From assembly GCA_039798785.1 (NCBI GenBank), contig JBDKFG010000041.1, positions 1 to 47,119 on the forward strand: DNA of 47,119 nt, read 5' to 3'. Shown here piece by piece: positions 36,357 through 45,314 of the stretch (within the stretch, counting starts at the first letter, position 1; each line of letters opens with the position of its first letter). A program made the position numbers and the translations under genes. The DNA comes from Verrucomicrobiota bacterium. Lineage in GTDB: Bacteria > Verrucomicrobiota > Lentisphaeria > Lentisphaerales > Lentisphaeraceae. Below the pieces are notes generated by a model that was given only the letters and a program-made list of their open reading frames with translations, was not told the origin of the DNA and did no database searches.

Positions 36357-37376
36357 TCAGCAAGGTTGCTGCTGCGACAGGCAGTGGATGGCGCCGCCTT
36401 CGTGGAGGATGGCGGTACAGAGGGCGCCTTCGACGCGGTGCTTGGGGAAGGCTTTTTGGATCACTTTCATCGCCTCGGCGTCCTTCTTCTTCTGGCCGTA
36501 GAGAGGGACGAGGACGAGATTGTTGGTGATCAGGAAATTGGCGTAGGAGGCGGGCATGATCTCGCCGTCCTTGTACATCTCGTCGGGGATCGGCAGGTCG
36601 ATGATTTCAAGGCCTTTGCCGTCGGCGCCACGCCAGTCGCTGAGGACCTTTTTGTTGGCGGCAAGCTGTTCGTAGTTGGGGTTGCCTTTGGGGGCGACGG
36701 CGGTGAGCACGGTGCGGGGACCGCAGAAGCGGGTGAGGTTGTCGATATGGCCGTCGGTGTCGTCATTCTTGAGGCCGTCCTTGAGCCAGATGACGTCGCT
36801 GATGCCGAGGTGCTTTTTCATCAGCGTCTCGAGCTTCTTCTTGGTCATGCCGGGGTGGCGGTTGGCATTGAGGAGGACGCTTTCGGTGGTGATGCAGACG
36901 CCTTCGCCGTTGACTTCGATGCCGCCGCCTTCGAGGATGACGCCGGGGATCTCGCATTTCAGGCCGAGGGCCTGGGCGATCGCCTGCGGCGCGGCGTCGT
37001 CGCGCTTGAAGCGGGGGAACTTGCCGCCCCAGGCGTTGAAGCCCCAGTCGACGATCTTCATCGAACCCTGGTCGCCCTTGACGAAGATCGGGCCGAAGTC
37101 GCGGCACCAGACGTCGTCGGTGCGGTATTCGAGGAAGGTGAACATGGCGAGGTCGGCGCCGGCGCCGAGGAGGTGGCGGAGCGCTTCCTTGCGATAGGAT
37201 TTGGCGCAGAGGAGATTGACCGGGGTGGCGGAGGAGATCTTGACCAGCATGGCGGAGAACTGCGCGAAGGCTTCGTCGCGGCAGCTGGGCCACCAGCCGG
37301 GCATGCCGGGCCAGGCGAACCAGACGGCTTCTTGCGGGGCCCATTCGGCGGGCATGGTGAATTTTTCGACGGCCAT
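36357..37376 (-). CDS. aguA: Agmatine deiminase family protein
   Basis: MPAEWAPQ, WCRDFGP, WGFNAWGGK, LEGGGI, DTDGHID, ASYANF and catalytic GGAIHCLSQQQP. Confidence 0.9.
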   Translation of the reverse strand: MAVEKFTMPAEWAPQEAVWFAWPGMPGWWPSCRDEAFAQFSAMLVKISSATPVNLLCAKSYRKEALRHLLGAGADLAMFTFLEYRTDDVWCRDFGPIFVKGDQGSMKIVDWGFNAWGGKFPRFKRDDAAPQAIAQALGLKCEIPGVILEGGGIEVNGEGVCITTESVLLNANRHPGMTKKKLETLMKKHLGISDVIWLKDGLKNDDTDGHIDNLTRFCGPRTVLTAVAPKGNPNYEQLAANKKVLSDWRGADGKGLEIIDLPIPDEMYKDGEIMPASYANFLITNNLVLVPLYGQKKKDAEAMKVIQKAFPKHRVEGALCTAILHEGGAIHCLSQQQPC

Positions 37377-37684
37377 GAGGATCTCCTTGCTTTGGGGTAT
37401 TGGTGCGCCGAATTTACCCCGGCTCGGGCAAAAGCGAAGCTCCGCATGCAAAGCCTGGGGCCCCCCTGCAAAACTCACCGCGTAGCGGTCGAAGCTGGCA
37501 TAGCCGTGGGCATCGCCCACGGGCTTGAGCACGAAATCGATTCGCCTCGCGGAGCGAGCGCAGGACTTTTTGCGCGGTTCGCGAACTTTTGCGGGATGTG
37601 AAAGCCTGAGCTCACGAAAGCCGCGCCGGAAAACCCTGCGAGCAAAGGCCGCCAGGAATCTTTCCCGAGTTCAGCCGGAAGCAC

Positions 37685-37712
37685 TTGCGCACGGCGCAAA
37701 GCCTCGTATAAT
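37685..37712 (+). promoter_or_regulatory. Sigma70-like promoter of pilin cassette
   Basis: TTGCGC-N16-TATAAT, followed by an AAGGAG RBS before the ATG at 37741. Confidence 0.7.
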
Positions 37713-37740
37713 GGTAGACAGATCACCAAGGAGCCACGTG

Positions 37741-38292
37741 ATGAGACTTCCCCGTCCCCAGATGCGAGCCTTCACCATCGTGGAACTCCTCGCCGTGATC
37801 ATGATCATGGCCATCTTGATGGCGGTGGGCATGAAGGCCCTCAAGGTCGATCCCACCCAAGCCGCCTGTTCACAAATCGCCGCCCAGCTCCGCATGGCCC
37901 GCGACCACGCCATCGCTAAAAGGGCCTATGTCGAGGTGGCGGTCTATCGCGACACCAGCAAAAATCTAGTGATGACCACCTATCAATGCACTGATATTGG
38001 TGGAGTGAGTACTCCGGCGGCCCAGATCAGTTACTTGCCGATTTCGGCGACGATAAACTCCTCTTCCTCAGGCAGCATCAAGGTTACGTTTAAGCAGAAT
38101 GGCAGTCTATATAATAATGATTACAAGACGGGCAGTGCAGAAATTGCCACCCGGGCTCAAATCAATCAGATTTCCGTCAGCGCGATCGTTTCAAATGTAT
38201 TGCAACCAATTGCAATTGGAGCACAAGGGGTTGAAGGAGCGAAAAATCTTTATTTAAATGTGTTCACCGGCAAAGCCAGCTTCTGGGAATAA
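37741..38292 (+). CDS. Prepilin-type N-methylation protein (GspH/FimT-like minor pilin)
   Basis: RA/FTIVELLAVIMIMAIL, then A..QIAAQLRMARDHAI and C-terminal NVFTGK, typical of the FimT/GspH class. Confidence 0.85.
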   Translation: MRLPRPQMRAFTIVELLAVIMIMAILMAVGMKALKVDPTQAACSQIAAQLRMARDHAIAKRAYVEVAVYRDTSKNLVMTTYQCTDIGGVSTPAAQISYLPISATINSSSSGSIKVTFKQNGSLYNNDYKTGSAEIATRAQINQISVSAIVSNVLQPIAIGAQGVEGAKNLYLNVFTGKASFWE

Positions 38293-38302
38293 GGAATCCA
38301 CC

Positions 38303-38986
38303 ATGCGCAAATCAACATTCAACTTGGTTGAGATCTTAGTGGCCATGGCTATTCTCACCATCGGCATGGTCGGGCTGGTGGGAATCATTCCGATTTCCAC
38401 GGAGGCACTGAACAATGCCAACGGCAAGCTTTACGCAGCCGAAATTGCTCAAAGCATGGCTGATTACGTTGATGCGGATGTCAATGGACTGACGGTTGCC
38501 GGCGCCACACCTGCTTATGGTCATGCTTTTGATACAGCCGCAATTTTTTCTGCTACCGGTTCAGGCAGCCTCTACCCTTCAGAAAGCACCAATTCAGCAT
38601 TTCCCGACGTTTTTGAGGGGTGGGGCTCTTCGATAGGCACAGATGCCTCTAAGTGCCCAGATGCGAATGTGCTTTTCTCCAGCCATCCTTGGTTGGGTAC
38701 AGTCTATAAATGCAGTAACAATAAGGGCCTTTATAGAGTTGCCCGTAAATCGGATAGCGTCGGTGGAGTTCAAGACTTTTCCGCATTGGCTTGTGTTTGG
38801 TTTATCGATGGGGATCAATGGGAAAGTACTCGCTTCAGATTGAATGGCGGAACTGAGTTGATTCTTCCCAGGCCCAATGCACTCTGTGCCATGATAGAGA
38901 TCAATTGGCCTGGGAACTTGAGCCCGGAGATCAACCGCGCCGCCGGTAGAAGCTTGACCATTCAACGCTACATAAGGGTTCGATAA
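38303..38986 (+). CDS. Prepilin-type protein (GspI/PilV-like)
   Basis: AAGGA RBS, ST/FNLVEILVAMAILTIGMVGL and C-terminal IEINWP. Confidence 0.85.
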   Translation: MRKSTFNLVEILVAMAILTIGMVGLVGIIPISTEALNNANGKLYAAEIAQSMADYVDADVNGLTVAGATPAYGHAFDTAAIFSATGSGSLYPSESTNSAFPDVFEGWGSSIGTDASKCPDANVLFSSHPWLGTVYKCSNNKGLYRVARKSDSVGGVQDFSALACVWFIDGDQWESTRFRLNGGTELILPRPNALCAMIEINWPGNLSPEINRAAGRSLTIQRYIRVR

Positions 38987-38987
38987 T

Positions 38988-39698
38988 ATGAAGATCAAGA
39001 ATCGGCTGGCTTACACTCTCATTGAGCTTCTCGTCTCGATGGGGATTTTCGCCGTGATGATGCTTCTCCTCCTAAACTTTTTTTCGCGATACCAAGATTT
39101 CGTCAGCGTTTCAAGCACTCGGAATGAACTGCTTTCTGATTCTGCAGTTTTTATGAGCCAGATTGAAAAAGATATCAAATCCGCTTACACTCATGTTCGA
39201 GTTAAATACGATGGCGAAGTGGCTCCTGTTATCCCCATCAATGTCAGCGCCGATTCTCTGCGCTTGGTTTCTCGTTCTCGCTTCGATCCCAGTACTCATA
39301 AAAACGATATCGACTCCGGTCAAGGAGGGCTTTCAGAAATACATTATTGGCTCGATGATGATAAGATTAAGAGAGTGGCCAAGGATCTTAACAACGATGA
39401 CTTGGCTGATACGACTTACGACGGCGCCACTGAAACTTCGGAGACCATTCTCCGCGGAGTCGTCAGTCTTAACTTCAAGGTTTTTGTTACACGGGAAGCA
39501 TTTCTGTCAAATAATCCTAGTACTTCATTAGGAGATTTTTATCTTCAAGAAATTCAATCAGTGACTGTTCCCAAGCCAATCTACGGGGTTTTGGTGACCG
39601 TGACCTTAAAAGATCCGAATCCTAATGTTGATCCGACTTCTGATCGAGCCAAACTGATCAAGCGCGATATCAAATCCTTCATCACTGTGCAACCCTGA
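38988..39698 (+). CDS. Prepilin-type protein (GspJ/PilW-like)
   Basis: LA/YTLIELLVSMGIFAVM, MSQIEKDIKSA and EIHYWL. Confidence 0.85.
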   Translation: MKIKNRLAYTLIELLVSMGIFAVMMLLLLNFFSRYQDFVSVSSTRNELLSDSAVFMSQIEKDIKSAYTHVRVKYDGEVAPVIPINVSADSLRLVSRSRFDPSTHKNDIDSGQGGLSEIHYWLDDDKIKRVAKDLNNDDLADTTYDGATETSETILRGVVSLNFKVFVTREAFLSNNPSTSLGDFYLQEIQSVTVPKPIYGVLVTVTLKDPNPNVDPTSDRAKLIKRDIKSFITVQP

Positions 39699-39708
39699 GG
39701 GCTCCACC

Positions 39709-42453
39709 ATGAAATCAATTCGTCTTCACGCCCAAGAAAAAGGCATTGCCATTATTTTGGCCTTGATCTTCTTGGCTATCTTCATGATCTTGGCCTTCGC
39801 CTTCACTGCCCGCAGTGTAGCCGCATCCAGATCTGCCAACTACCAAGCTGCGGATATGAACTCACAAGCGATGTGTGAGTCCGCTCTGCAACAGGCGATT
39901 TCCGCCCTTAAGCTTGGTTATGACAATGATGCCAATTCCCCTTTTCCAGAAGCTGTAACCAGCTCCGGAAGAACTTGGAAAAGTGTGACCTACAAGTTGC
40001 CAGGTACAAACACTTTGCCGGGTACAAACACTGATTATGCTACCAAGTTCATTGGTTTTGTTGATGATAATAACGGTAAAACCGCTCCTCTAAGTCGGGA
40101 GCTGGCGATCAATTTCCTTGGAGACGACAATCTTTCGGCTCCTGCCGGAACCAACAATGTTTCTTGGGGCTATCTGCAAACCCCCTCCTCAATAGGTGAT
40201 GCCACCCGTTATAACAACCTTTATACCTGGTACGCCTTGCCGATGAGCGGCAGAATTGATCCCAATTACACTGCTGATTCTCGTGAAGCTCTTTATGATG
40301 CGACAGGGGGAGTTGATGGAGAGGACATTGAATTGAATGAAGACAATGCTGCCTATCGTACCAGAACAGGGCTCACTCGCAACACAGATACCACCGATAA
40401 TTATCAGTCCGAACTGCGGATGAAAGGCGTGATTTCAGATGCCTCGCGTGCCACCATTAAATCCAAGTTTTGGAAGTCCCTCATCCATCTCGGGGATGCC
40501 GTCAATGAAGACACAACTTGGATGAGCTTCCACCCACACAACACAGTTGACAAAATTCAGGCAAAGGATGGTTGGGATAAAGGAACTTTGTATGACATCA
40601 ATGCTGTTCCATCCATTACGGGTTCAGGGACCACCTTGGCAGATAATGTGATTGCGAAAATTCCTTACCTCCGTGATTTTGACTCTACATATACATACCC
40701 GTTTGATCTTACGCATCAGGCTGCGTCTCGTTTGCAGTGGCGTCGCCAGTTAGCAGCCAACATTCGTGACTTCTTGGATGATGATTTAGTAGCTACCACG
40801 AATTTTCCTGCAGATGGTAGCTCTGCTTACAACCTTCCAGGAGCAGAGTACTATTTTTGCGGAATTGAGAAAGTTCCACAATTTTCAGAAATCAAGTGTA
40901 CTGTCATCAATGAGTCTGAAAATCTATTGGGCAATTATACCATGAAGGTAAAGGCGAAGATTGAAGTCGAGGTGAGTAATATTTTTGGAACCGGAATAAA
41001 TCATAAAAATATTATTTCCACCCTTGACGTGAAGTTTAATTATCTCGACAAGGACGGTGTTATATTTATCAGTGAGCAAAAAATTCCTCTAGATATTCCT
41101 GTAGAATCGTCTGTCGCTGCGGATGATAATATGAGGGTCTATACCGCGTTGATTGACATAGACACAGCTGGATGGCCGGAAGGTTTTGATGGCAAGTTGT
41201 TTTTTGCTCATGAATCGGATGCGAGGTCTGATTTTCGTGCTTATCCATTCAGGGCCATCAATGATGGGCAAATCAGTGCTGTTTGTGATGGTACTGACTT
41301 TCATATGTCTGATCCTAGCATGAGCGTCCCTGCAGGTAAATCTATTCATTTCAGTCGGCTTTTTTTAGACCCTCGTGCTTCTATACACATGGGGGCATAT
41401 CCTTATTTCTTTCATTATCGAGATGATTTAGTTCAATTCGATTCGGATCCAGTGGGTAATATCGGAAAGAAAAATAGTTCGGCAAGAAGTGCCGATGTAC
41501 CTGGAGCGGTTTGTGGGTATGATCTCCAAACTAGCGGAGCAAACATTGGCAAGTGGAAGCATCCCAATGTCGAGAAATTCCCCGATTCATATTATGTCGG
41601 TGACTATGAGCCAGGTAAAACTGATCCACAAGAATTTTCTGCTGCTAAACATTTGAATCGGCAGGTGGCCTCCCTCAGTGAATTAGGTTTGATCAGCCGC
41701 GGCTTTCCTTACCAGACAATCAATTTGATCAGTTATAACAAGAATTCCGCGATTGGTTGGGGGGGGGACTGGGCGCTTGGCGACCGTCGTTTGCTCGATG
41801 GAATTTATTGTGGAAATGGCGCGGGGACGGATACCGATCCGAGTGACGATGGAGCGAAAAGCGACCCTGATACAGGTGATTTCTATCCTCATTCCGTAAT
41901 TAATCCCAATGCCGCCCGAGTTCAGACTCTGTCAGTTCTTTTCAACACGGTTTGTGCGGATGCTGAGTGGGTGACACCGATTAAGAAAATCACAAGCCAA
42001 GAGGTGCAGACATTAGCTGGTTTATTCCCGCAGCAACAAAATTTGAGTTATTACATGAAAGATTGTCATCATTTTCATAGGAACCCCCGTGATTATGGCC
42101 TGCCCTTCAGTGCGCCTAACACTAGTTTGCCTACTGCCTTAGACACAATTGCTTATCCCCAGATTTTTACTCAAGCGGCTTTAGATAGCTTGAGAACCAC
42201 ACACCAAACCCTGACTGACCGGGATCGCGAGGAGTTGTTGTGGCGGACTAAAAATCTTATTAATGGTGACACAACCTATTACATGATTGTCTGCGCGGCA
42301 TTGAATGGGTACAGTCTTTCCTCTGGATTTACGATAAACACTGCACAGAAATCTGGACAATCAAAGATGATAGCAATCGTTAAGCGAACATTTAATCATG
42401 ATACTAAGGCTTTCGATTACAGTGTCATCTCTCGTGAATACAGGAATTTTTGA
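39709..42453 (+). CDS. Large PilX/GspK-like tip pilin (Verru/Chthon cassette protein A-like)
   Basis: EKG/IAIILALIFLAIF (no Glu5), CESALQQAI, SGRIDPN, SLSELG and INPNAA..TL..LF. The protein is 914 aa. Confidence 0.75.
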   Translation: MKSIRLHAQEKGIAIILALIFLAIFMILAFAFTARSVAASRSANYQAADMNSQAMCESALQQAISALKLGYDNDANSPFPEAVTSSGRTWKSVTYKLPGTNTLPGTNTDYATKFIGFVDDNNGKTAPLSRELAINFLGDDNLSAPAGTNNVSWGYLQTPSSIGDATRYNNLYTWYALPMSGRIDPNYTADSREALYDATGGVDGEDIELNEDNAAYRTRTGLTRNTDTTDNYQSELRMKGVISDASRATIKSKFWKSLIHLGDAVNEDTTWMSFHPHNTVDKIQAKDGWDKGTLYDINAVPSITGSGTTLADNVIAKIPYLRDFDSTYTYPFDLTHQAASRLQWRRQLAANIRDFLDDDLVATTNFPADGSSAYNLPGAEYYFCGIEKVPQFSEIKCTVINESENLLGNYTMKVKAKIEVEVSNIFGTGINHKNIISTLDVKFNYLDKDGVIFISEQKIPLDIPVESSVAADDNMRVYTALIDIDTAGWPEGFDGKLFFAHESDARSDFRAYPFRAINDGQISAVCDGTDFHMSDPSMSVPAGKSIHFSRLFLDPRASIHMGAYPYFFHYRDDLVQFDSDPVGNIGKKNSSARSADVPGAVCGYDLQTSGANIGKWKHPNVEKFPDSYYVGDYEPGKTDPQEFSAAKHLNRQVASLSELGLISRGFPYQTINLISYNKNSAIGWGGDWALGDRRLLDGIYCGNGAGTDTDPSDDGAKSDPDTGDFYPHSVINPNAARVQTLSVLFNTVCADAEWVTPIKKITSQEVQTLAGLFPQQQNLSYYMKDCHHFHRNPRDYGLPFSAPNTSLPTALDTIAYPQIFTQAALDSLRTTHQTLTDRDREELLWRTKNLINGDTTYYMIVCAALNGYSLSSGFTINTAQKSGQSKMIAIVKRTFNHDTKAFDYSVISREYRNF

Positions 42454-42963
42454 ATGAAGACTATTTTGAATGTCATTTGTGTCACTTGGATTCTAGGCGC
42501 CATGTATTGTTACGCTGATGAAAAGGCTGACAAGCTATACCAAAAGCATAAGCAAATCGCTGAGCATTTTGAGAAAACAAAGGTTCAGCCTTCGCTGCTC
42601 GAAAATATCAAGATTCAGTCGCGTTTGCTTGCGCTTAAACGTCAAATGAGTGTGCTCCCAGAGAAAAGTCCCAAGCTTGCGGGTCTTGTGGCCGAGCAAG
42701 AAAAACTACAAAAAACTCTTGAGGCCAATAAGCTTTTGCCAGAATGGTTGGCCGCTTGGAATGCTCAGTCTGATGGTATATATAAGAATGACTACAAATC
42801 ATACAATAAAGCTGCTGCAAAAATTACAGAAATAATTACTAAATATAAAAATTTGACAGATAAGGCCTTTCCAAATTCCGAGGCTGAACTAAGATTAGAG
42901 GAGATCCGTCGTGAACAAGAGTTGAAAAGAAAAAGAGCGGAAAAAGCTGAGGCGAAGAAATAA
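42454..42963 (+). CDS. Hypothetical secreted helical protein
   Basis: Signal-peptide-like N-terminus and a Lys/Glu-rich coiled coil. Directly abuts the upstream stop and shares the AT-rich composition. Confidence 0.6.
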   Translation: MKTILNVICVTWILGAMYCYADEKADKLYQKHKQIAEHFEKTKVQPSLLENIKIQSRLLALKRQMSVLPEKSPKLAGLVAEQEKLQKTLEANKLLPEWLAAWNAQSDGIYKNDYKSYNKAAAKITEIITKYKNLTDKAFPNSEAELRLEEIRREQELKRKRAEKAEAKK

Positions 42964-43291
42964 ATCCAAAGGAACTTGATCCTTTATGCATCAGCTTGCA
43001 TTCCACAGCCTGTGTCTTGGATTTCCACGACACGGTGAAGTCGATCTTAACCTCGATTCCGAAGTTGAAGCTGTGAGTCAGCCTTCAGTCTTGAATGTTA
43101 AATCTTTGATTTTGTTCGCGTTCTGTTGAATTTTGAATCTTGAATCGGATTCCCGAGCTGAGCCCAAGCTCAGCTTCGTCAGCTTCGGAATCCAGGCTTA
43201 ATGACTCTTTCTGAGCTAATGTTTGCCGATGCGGGATGCGGGTCAACTCTGGGTTAAATTAGGAGTGATGTCCTCCCGCTGAGCCATTCCC

Positions 43292-45178
43292 TTAGCCCAT
43301 TTCCTTCAAAAACTCCTCCAACTCCCTCAGCTCAAAAATCCGCACCCCGAGTTCGACCGCCTTTTTCTCCTTCGAGCTGCCGGAGCCTTTCGCTTTCATC
43401 ACCAGGGCGAAGGTCTTGCCGGTGACGCCGGAGCCGATCTTGCCGCCGAGGGCTTCGATGCGGGCTTCCATTTCGGCGGAGCGGACGCCGGTGAAGACGA
43501 AGTCTTTGCCCTTCAAAGGGCCGTCGCTGGGCGCGGCGGCTTTGGGCGCGGCGAGGCTGATGCCGGGGAGGGTGGCGTACCAGTCCCAGAAGGGGTCGAA
43601 ACCGGCGAAATAGGCGTCGGCGGTGATGTCGGAGAAGCCGTCGATGGTGAGCACTTCGTCGCGGCTGGGTTTTTTGTCGCGCGAGTCGAAGCGGGCGAGC
43701 AGTTCGAGGCGGCGGGAGCCGAGGCCTTTGAAGAGGTTCGAGGCGTGTTGCAGCTTCTCGAGGCGGACCCCTTGCAGCTTGGCCTGGATCGAGCTGAAGA
43801 CCTTCTCCGCCTTGCGCTTCTTGAAGCCGTCGAGACGGGCGAGATCGTCGACGCCGAGGGCGAGGATGCTGGCGACGCTCTTGTAGCCGGCCTGCCAGAG
43901 CTGGCTGACCACGCCTTCGCCGACTTCTTCGACCTCGAGGATCTTGAAGAAGTCCTCGATTTCGGCGCGGCCTTTTTCCGGGCAGGCGGGGTTTTGGCAG
44001 ATCAGGTCGACCTCGTTGTCGTTCCAGGCGAGCGAGCCGCCGCAGCCCTGGGCGGTGCAGCACGAGGGCAGCGCGGCTTCGGCGGCGGGCAGGGCGACGC
44101 TGACGATCTTGGGGATGACGTCGCCGGAGCGGATGATGGCGACGAGGGCGCCGGCGGCGATGCGGTTGTCGCGCATGAAGCGGGCGTTGATGCCGGTGAC
44201 GTTGGAGATGGTGACGCCGCCGAGCTCGACCGGGTCGATCTGGACCACCGGCTTGAGGGCGCCGGATTTGCTGACCTGCCAGCTGACCGCGTCGACGCGG
44301 CAGACCCGCTGGTCGTCGGATTCGGGTTTCCAGGCGCGGGCGCCGGCGGGGTTGAGCGAGGAGGTTTCGTTGCCCAGCTCGGCGAAGAGATTGGTGTCTT
44401 CGATGAAGAGCACCAGGCCGTCGCACTGGAAGCGGGTCTCCTCCTTGAACCAGGCGAGCAGCATGTCATCGCTGAGCGTGTCGAGCGGCTGGCTGTGGAG
44501 GCGGATCTGGTAATCAAAGAGGCGGTTGACGAAGTCGTTGCAGAAGGCCAGTTCGTCGGTCTTGCGGGCGAAGTCGCGGCCGCGGACACCGTAGGCGATG
44601 AAGGAGAGGTCGCCGAGTTCGGGCGAGATCTGCTTGCGGGAGAGGAGGCCGGCGACCATGTTGCGCGGGTTCTTGAAGCTGCTGGCGTAGCGGCGTTCGA
44701 AGGTGCCGAGGTCGAGGATGGTTTCGCCGATGAGGAAGCCGCTGAAATCGGCGGGCAGGGCGACCTGGCCGAGGCGGGTGGCGCGGAAGTGCTCGGTGAC
44801 GTCCTGGCCGGTGAGGCCGTCGCCGCGGGTGGCGGCGTTTTTGAAGCGGCCGTTTTCGATTTCGACGAGGAGGCTGAGGCCGTCGAACTTCGGCATCAGG
44901 GTGAGGAGGGTGTGGGGCGGGAAGTCCTTCGACTTGCGCCATTCGAGGATCTCCTCACGGGTCTTGACCTTGTTGAGCGAGCCCATCGGCACTTTCAGGG
45001 CGATCTTGGCGCGTTCGACTTCGTAGCCGACCTTGATGCGGTAGGAGTCGTCGTCGACCAGGCTGAGGAGGTAATCGTACTCGGCGTCGCTCATCAAGCT
45101 GGAGCCGGTGCGGTAGGCGAGGTTGGCTTCTTCGATGCGTTGTTTGAGGCTGGCCTGGTCGAGTTTTCGGGGGTCCAT
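43292..45178 (-). CDS. ligA: NAD-dependent DNA ligase
   Basis: MSDAEYD, MGSLNK, adenylation motif KFDG, TRGDG, NPRN, DGLV, RSGDVIP, Cys4 Zn finger, HhH motifs and C-terminal BRCT (FVFTG). Confidence 0.93.
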   Translation of the reverse strand: MDPRKLDQASLKQRIEEANLAYRTGSSLMSDAEYDYLLSLVDDDSYRIKVGYEVERAKIALKVPMGSLNKVKTREEILEWRKSKDFPPHTLLTLMPKFDGLSLLVEIENGRFKNAATRGDGLTGQDVTEHFRATRLGQVALPADFSGFLIGETILDLGTFERRYASSFKNPRNMVAGLLSRKQISPELGDLSFIAYGVRGRDFARKTDELAFCNDFVNRLFDYQIRLHSQPLDTLSDDMLLAWFKEETRFQCDGLVLFIEDTNLFAELGNETSSLNPAGARAWKPESDDQRVCRVDAVSWQVSKSGALKPVVQIDPVELGGVTISNVTGINARFMRDNRIAAGALVAIIRSGDVIPKIVSVALPAAEAALPSCCTAQGCGGSLAWNDNEVDLICQNPACPEKGRAEIEDFFKILEVEEVGEGVVSQLWQAGYKSVASILALGVDDLARLDGFKKRKAEKVFSSIQAKLQGVRLEKLQHASNLFKGLGSRRLELLARFDSRDKKPSRDEVLTIDGFSDITADAYFAGFDPFWDWYATLPGISLAAPKAAAPSDGPLKGKDFVFTGVRSAEMEARIEALGGKIGSGVTGKTFALVMKAKGSGSSKEKKAVELGVRIFELRELEEFLKEMG

Positions 45179-45314
45179 GATCGCGGTCTCCGGGAGTGAT
45201 GCGCCTAGGATAGCGTCAGGTTGGGGCTTGAACAGGTTTTGACTTGCGGGCGCGTTGAAAAGCATGAGGAGGCGCGAAGGGATTCACGCCTCCCCATGGT
45301 CGACTTGGGCGGGC

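Noticed and set aside
37525..37740. N-terminal extensions in the ORF track (37525, 38258, 23340, 23441, 37532, 45265, 22212)
   Set aside because: Downstream starts fit the RBS, promoter positions and family N-termini better.
37741..43290. AT-rich block as prophage or integrative element
   Set aside because: No integrase, transposase, tRNA or att-like direct repeats were seen, and the content is only pilin-like genes.
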